Shown: positions 17,075 through 21,099 of the stretch, piece by piece
How the letters are laid out: the number at the start of each line of letters is the position of its first letter
Position numbering within the stretch: position 1 is the first letter of the stretch
Assembly: GCA_043804695.1 (NCBI GenBank)
Contig: JAZDIV010000030.1
Span: 1-21,099 of the forward strand
Origin: PVC group bacterium
GTDB lineage: Bacteria; Auribacterota; Erginobacteria; Erginobacterales; Erginobacteraceae
Direction: 5' to 3'
DNA: 21,099 bases
The notes under the pieces: model-generated
Told to the model about the DNA's origin: nothing
Seen by the model: the letters and a program-made list of their open reading frames with translations, nothing else
Database searches by the model: none
Made by a program: the position numbers and the translations under genes

Positions 17075-17205
17075 CCGATGATCACCATTTTGCAGGACTC
17101 ATCTGTTCGATGTTATTCGCTATATACTTAATCCTATCACCGGTTCCGCGCGCATTTCAAGGAAAAAGGCTCGTGACAGTCCGGGCGGCGAGACCGGGAG
17201 CCCGA

Positions 17206-17732
17206 TCAATCCTGTTTCAGGGACTTCCGGAAGCCGAGCGGGGTAGGGTAGAAGAAAACCACCAGGTAACAGGAGAGGATCATCGTGATAATCGACGTCA
17301 CCTGGATAAACTGCGAACTCATCATCCCGATCGTACCGGTCTCCAGTGCGAGCACGGCGATGATCAGCGAAAATTCGCTCGACTGTCCCGGAAAGAGAAT
17401 CCCCAGAGAGAGGCGAAGACGGAGCCGAGAAAACAGAATGCGGCGCAGGTGCAGAGCGTAACAACCGCGGTTCGGCGAAAGAGCTCGATCAGGCGCTTCG
17501 GGCGGAGTTCGATCCCCGCCAGGAAAAGAAGGAGGGTGACGCCGATCCGGGAGATCGAATCGACAAAGTGTACATCCTTAACCAGGCCGAGGCCCCATGG
17601 TCCGGCGATCACCCCGCAGAGCAGGTAGGCGATTACGATCGGCTGGCGGGTAAGCAGAGCCAGCCAGGAGAGACCAGCCGCGCAGACCACGACAATACTG
17701 ATGTCCCGGATAAAGCTTTCCATCGGGGTCAT
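17206..17732 (-). pseudogene. cation:proton antiporter (CPA2/Kef-like), internally deleted and frameshifted
   Basis: N-terminus RQPIVIAYLLCGVIAGPWGLG...SRIGVTLLLFLAGIEL...WGFSFRDS joins out of frame to the late-helix motif GQSSEFSLIIAVLA...ITMILSCYLVVFFYPT. A further frameshift would restore PLGFRKSLKQD* (stop 17206-17208). Confidence 0.8.
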
Positions 17733-17880
17733 CCATTCAGACGCTGTACCACTCGGAACTCCAGTAAAAGCCCCGGCATCCCGGCCTCAGCATAACACAT
17801 TCCGACAAAATCATCCGCACAACCCACCTGACCGGAGGGGTCCAGTATATATCCCCGGGGCTGTAGTTTGACAGCCTCTT

Positions 17881-19110
17881 TCACCCCGTGGTCACGGAAA
17901 GACAGAGGATTCCCCAGATGAGACTCAGAATCGTTATGGGAACTCCCGCTTTCAAATATTCCAGAAAGGAGACCCGGACCCCGTGTTTCCGGGCGCGCTC
18001 GGCCATGATCAGGTTGGCGACTGAACCGAGGAGGGTGAGGTTGCCGGCCAGGGTGCTCGCCATGGCCAGTGTCAGCCAGGCCGGACCCGGGTCGGCGAGG
18101 CCGGAAACCAGCGGGCGAAAGAGCATCACCGCGGGGACATTGGAGACGAGGTTGCTGAGAAGCGCGGCCGCCGCGCTGAAAGACACGATTCCCCGTCCGG
18201 CCAGCGGCCAGACTCCCTGAAAAAGAATTCCGCTCACCCCCGTGGTTTCGATCGCCCGGGTGATGACGAAGAGGCCGGAGAAAAAGACGAGCAGCGACCA
18301 GTCCACCTCGCGGAAAATACGCTCCGGCTTGAGGCGGCGGGTAATTAGAAGCAGGGCGGCGGCGACCAGCGCCGCCAGCGGCACCGGTGCTCCGGCAATG
18401 AAGGCGACCAGCATCAGCCCGGCGGCGGACAGGCTTTTCAGGAGCAGCGGCCGGTACACAAAGAACCGGACATCGGACCGGGCGCGGAATCTCCCTTCCG
18501 GGGCAAACTCCTTCCGGTAAACGAACCCCACCACCAGCCAGACGATGATCAGGCCGCCGGCCGCCACCGGAGCCAGGTGGGCGGTAAAAGTGAGGAACGG
18601 AATCCCCGAAGCCGAACCGATCAGGATGTTCTGAGGATTGCCGATGATCGTGGCGGCGGATCCGACATTGGCGGAGGCCGCCAGCGCAATCAGGTACGGC
18701 ACGGGGTTGCGTCCCGCCCGCAGGGCGATTTCCGCCACCAGCGGCGTGAATACCAGCACGATGGTGTCGTTGAGGAAAAGGGCGGAAAGAATCCCTGACG
18801 CTCCCACAACCAGGGCCAGGAACTGGCGGGGCGAGCGAGCCCGGTTGACGATCCTCTCCGCCGCCAGGCGGAAGAAACCGGAGATTCTCAAGTTCCCGTT
18901 GATGACCATCACGGCCAGAAGGAGAACCAGGGTATTCAGGTCAAGGGCCGCATAGGCCTGCTCCAGGGAGAGGGCACCGGCGAGGACCAGGGCGACCGCG
19001 GCCACCAGGGCGATGGTGGCCCGGTTCATTCTCAGCCGCGGAACCCGGCCGACCGCCACGGCGGCCAGGGAAACCACGATAATGGCGATCGATAAAATAA
19101 TCAGGGTCAC
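17881..19110 (-). CDS. ArsB/NhaD (ion transporter superfamily) anion permease
   Basis: LSALFLNDTIVLVFTP, ANVGSAATIIGNPQNILIG, VDWSLLVFFSGLF, LSNLVSNVPAV and STLAGNLTLLGSVANLI. GTG start after GAGGT. Confidence 0.9.
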   Translation of the reverse strand: MTLIILSIAIIVVSLAAVAVGRVPRLRMNRATIALVAAVALVLAGALSLEQAYAALDLNTLVLLLAVMVINGNLRISGFFRLAAERIVNRARSPRQFLALVVGASGILSALFLNDTIVLVFTPLVAEIALRAGRNPVPYLIALAASANVGSAATIIGNPQNILIGSASGIPFLTFTAHLAPVAAGGLIIVWLVVGFVYRKEFAPEGRFRARSDVRFFVYRPLLLKSLSAAGLMLVAFIAGAPVPLAALVAAALLLITRRLKPERIFREVDWSLLVFFSGLFVITRAIETTGVSGILFQGVWPLAGRGIVSFSAAAALLSNLVSNVPAVMLFRPLVSGLADPGPAWLTLAMASTLAGNLTLLGSVANLIMAERARKHGVRVSFLEYLKAGVPITILSLIWGILCLSVTTG

Positions 19111-19169
19111 ACCTCGAGCAGCTGTAAAAAATGGCAGCTTGAATCTAACCGATGCCTGGACCAGAGTAT

Positions 19170-19208
19170 AAGCAGGGACTTAACGCCAAAGGCGCTAAGT
19201 CCCTGCTT
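19170..19208. repeat. stem-loop with 13-bp arms
   Basis: AAGCAGGGACTTA-ACGCCAAAGGCGC-TAAGTCCCTGCTT. Confidence 0.75.
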
Positions 19209-19547
19209 CGGAATTTCAATAAAAGATAACGGTAAGGATAACGATGCCCGAATCGGTGAGGGCAACGGCAACGGCCGCTCTGCCCGGCGCACGCAACCGT
19301 AACCACCAGACGACACGGGTTTCGTCACCGGAACCGTCACCCAGTTGCGCCGAAGGCGCTAACTTATCAGGACTATCTAACCGGCTACCTCGTCACCGGG
19401 GTGTCGGCGCGGGAATCGCAGTAAAACCGGGGCACTCCCCGGACCGCCCAAATGCCGCCGCTGCCCCGGAAGATCTCGATCTCTTCCCGCGAGGCCCCGT
19501 TGTCATCGGCCGGAACCGGACAGTTTCCGGGAGGGAGGTGTCCGCAC

Positions 19548-20819
19548 TCACGTCACGATCTGACCGGTCCCGTCGACCACGAACTTGTACGAGCAAAGCT
19601 CCCGCAACCCGATCGGGCCCCGGGCGTGGAACTTCTGGGTCGAGATCCCCATCTCGGCCCCCATGCCGAAACGGTAGCCGTCCGTGAACCGGGTGCTGGC
19701 ATTCCAGAAGACCGCGGCCGCGTCCACCCCCGCCTGGAAGGCCCGGGCCGCCTTCTCGTCACCAGTGACGATGGCTTCGCTGTGGCCGCTCCCGTGCCGG
19801 TTGATATGGGCGATTGCGTCCTCCAGGGAATCGACCACGGCTACTCCCATGATCAGGGCCAAAAACTCGGTGTCCCAGTCGGCGGGGACGGCGGCTTTCG
19901 GCACCGGATCAAGGTCCGCCGGAGCCAGCGCCCGGGATCGTTCATCCAGGCGGAGTTCAACACCCCGGGCGGAGAGCGCCCGCAGGACGCGCGGCAGGAA
20001 AGACGGGGCGATGGCGGAATGCACCAGGAGCTTTTCGGCGGCATTGCAGACGGCGGGTTTTTGCGTCTTGGCGTTGACGACGATGGCTTCCGCCATCTCC
20101 GGGTCGGCGGCGGCGGCGGCGTACACGTGGCAGTTCCCCGCGGCGGCGAAAAGAAGCGGGACCGTGGCCGTCTTCAGAAGTGCCGCTTTTAGCCCTTCGC
20201 CGCCGCGGGGAATCAGGAGATCGATGTAACGGTCCTGGCGGGCCAGTTCGGCCAGGGCCTCGTGCCCTCCCCCCGACACCAGCGAGAGGGCGCCCTCGGG
20301 TAGGCCGGAACGGCGGAGAGCAGCCGCGGCGATCTCGGTGATCGCCTCATCCGAGCGGCGGGCGATCGACGACCCGCGCAGGATGACGGCATTCCCGGCC
20401 TTGAGCGCCAGGGAAGAGGCGTCCGCCGCCACTTCCGGCCGGGCCTCATAGACGATCGCCACCACCCCCAGAGGCACTCGCACCCGGCGGATCAGAAGCC
20501 CGTTGGGGCGCACGGTACGCTCCAGCTCTTCCCCAACAGGGTCAGGAAGGGCGGCGACATCCCGAACGCCCCGGATGGTCTGCTCGAGCTTGGCCTCCGT
20601 GAGCCGGAGACGGTCGATGAGCGGCGGCGCCAGCTTATCCCGCCTGGCGTCTTCCACGTCCCCGGTATTGGCCTTCAGGATCGCGGGTGAATCCACTTCC
20701 AGAGCGTCCGCCATCGCCCGGAGGGCGGCATTCCTGGTCTCCGTGTTCAGAACCGCCATCCGGTAGGAGGCCTGCTTCGCGGCCCGGCAGATCTTCTCTA
20801 TCCGCGGTACAGTTTTCAT
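19548..20819 (-). CDS. proA: gamma-glutamyl phosphate reductase
   Basis: DRLRLT, LPDPVG, RVPLGVVAIVYEARP, IDLLIPRGG, GNCHVY, VCNAAEKLLVH, SGHSEAIVT and NASTRFTDG...GAEMGISTQKFHARGP. Start set at ATG 20819 after GGGAG. Confidence 0.97.
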   Translation of the reverse strand: MKTVPRIEKICRAAKQASYRMAVLNTETRNAALRAMADALEVDSPAILKANTGDVEDARRDKLAPPLIDRLRLTEAKLEQTIRGVRDVAALPDPVGEELERTVRPNGLLIRRVRVPLGVVAIVYEARPEVAADASSLALKAGNAVILRGSSIARRSDEAITEIAAAALRRSGLPEGALSLVSGGGHEALAELARQDRYIDLLIPRGGEGLKAALLKTATVPLLFAAAGNCHVYAAAAADPEMAEAIVVNAKTQKPAVCNAAEKLLVHSAIAPSFLPRVLRALSARGVELRLDERSRALAPADLDPVPKAAVPADWDTEFLALIMGVAVVDSLEDAIAHINRHGSGHSEAIVTGDEKAARAFQAGVDAAAVFWNASTRFTDGYRFGMGAEMGISTQKFHARGPIGLRELCSYKFVVDGTGQIVT

Positions 20820-20867
20820 TTTTTCTCCCGAATTGTTCACCAAAACACCAGAAATCCAGCATGGTAT

Positions 20868-20956
20868 ATATTAGTCAGTCCATAATTGTATGGACATGTC
20901 ATTGCGAGGAGCAAAGCGATGAAGCAATCTCAACTCTATGCACAGCAAGAGATTGC
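20868..20956 (+). repeat. hairpin-headed nested palindromic element, 3'-truncated copy
   Basis: Same head and GTCATTGCGAGG as the 15900 copy. GCAATCTC-AACTCTATGCACAGCAA-GAGATTGC has one loop mismatch versus 15976-16008, and similarity stops at 20956. Confidence 0.85.
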
Positions 20957-20995
20957 GCAACAGTTTAGCTCCCGCAGAAAAAAATCAAATAAAGC

Positions 20996-21046
20996 TTGAC
21001 CTATATATATTTTTTGATAGTATGTTTATATGCTAATAAGCATATA
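20996..21046 (+). promoter_or_regulatory. sigma70 promoter with downstream palindromic operator
   Basis: TTGACC (20996-21001), TG-A-TAGTAT extended -10 (21015-21023), then TATATGCT-AATA-AGCATATA (21027-21046). Confidence 0.65.
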
Positions 21047-21066
21047 GTACAAAAAGGAGGTGCTTC

Positions 21067-21099
21067 GTGAAAGACCTGAAACAACTCTATAGCCGGAGA
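21067..21099 (+). CDS. start of a gene running off the window (MKDLKQLYSRR...)
   Basis: AAGGAGGTG RBS followed by GTG at 21067, with the frame open to the window end. Too short to identify. Confidence 0.55.
   Translation, partial: MKDLKQLYSRR

Noticed and set aside
19244..19687. 147-aa plus-strand ORF and the 67-aa minus-strand ORF after proA
   Set aside because: Low-complexity Arg/Pro/Ser translations that overlap proA and repeats, with no motif support.

Overview
Bacterial chromosomal window with a GC-rich housekeeping core: grpE-dnaJ-mtaB, dnaG-rpoD and proA. The flanks are accessory and partly decayed. They hold a nitroreductase, a disrupted Mut7-C (ubiquitin-like + PIN RNase) gene, an AT-richer secreted beta-propeller gene, a DUF1624/HGSNAT-like membrane protein, a Spy/CpxP-like protein, an SBBP/FG-GAP surface protein, an RHH-PIN toxin-antitoxin pair, an internally deleted cation:proton antiporter pseudogene and an ArsB/NhaD-type transporter. 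The most unusual signals are non-coding. (i) Three copies of a repeat resembling the transposase 3' tail plus oriIS end of an IS91/ISCR rolling-circle element bracket secreted or membrane cargo genes, and one copy carries a near-consensus outward promoter. (ii) A hairpin-headed palindromic element has its 29-bp left end sitting exactly at the lesion of the Mut7-C gene. (iii) A short element occurs with 0, 2 and about 5 mini-hairpin modules. (iv) A 51-bp near-perfect palindrome abuts the dnaG promoter. No rRNA, tRNA, CRISPR array or intact transposase/integrase was recognised. All family assignments are by motif recognition, not database search.
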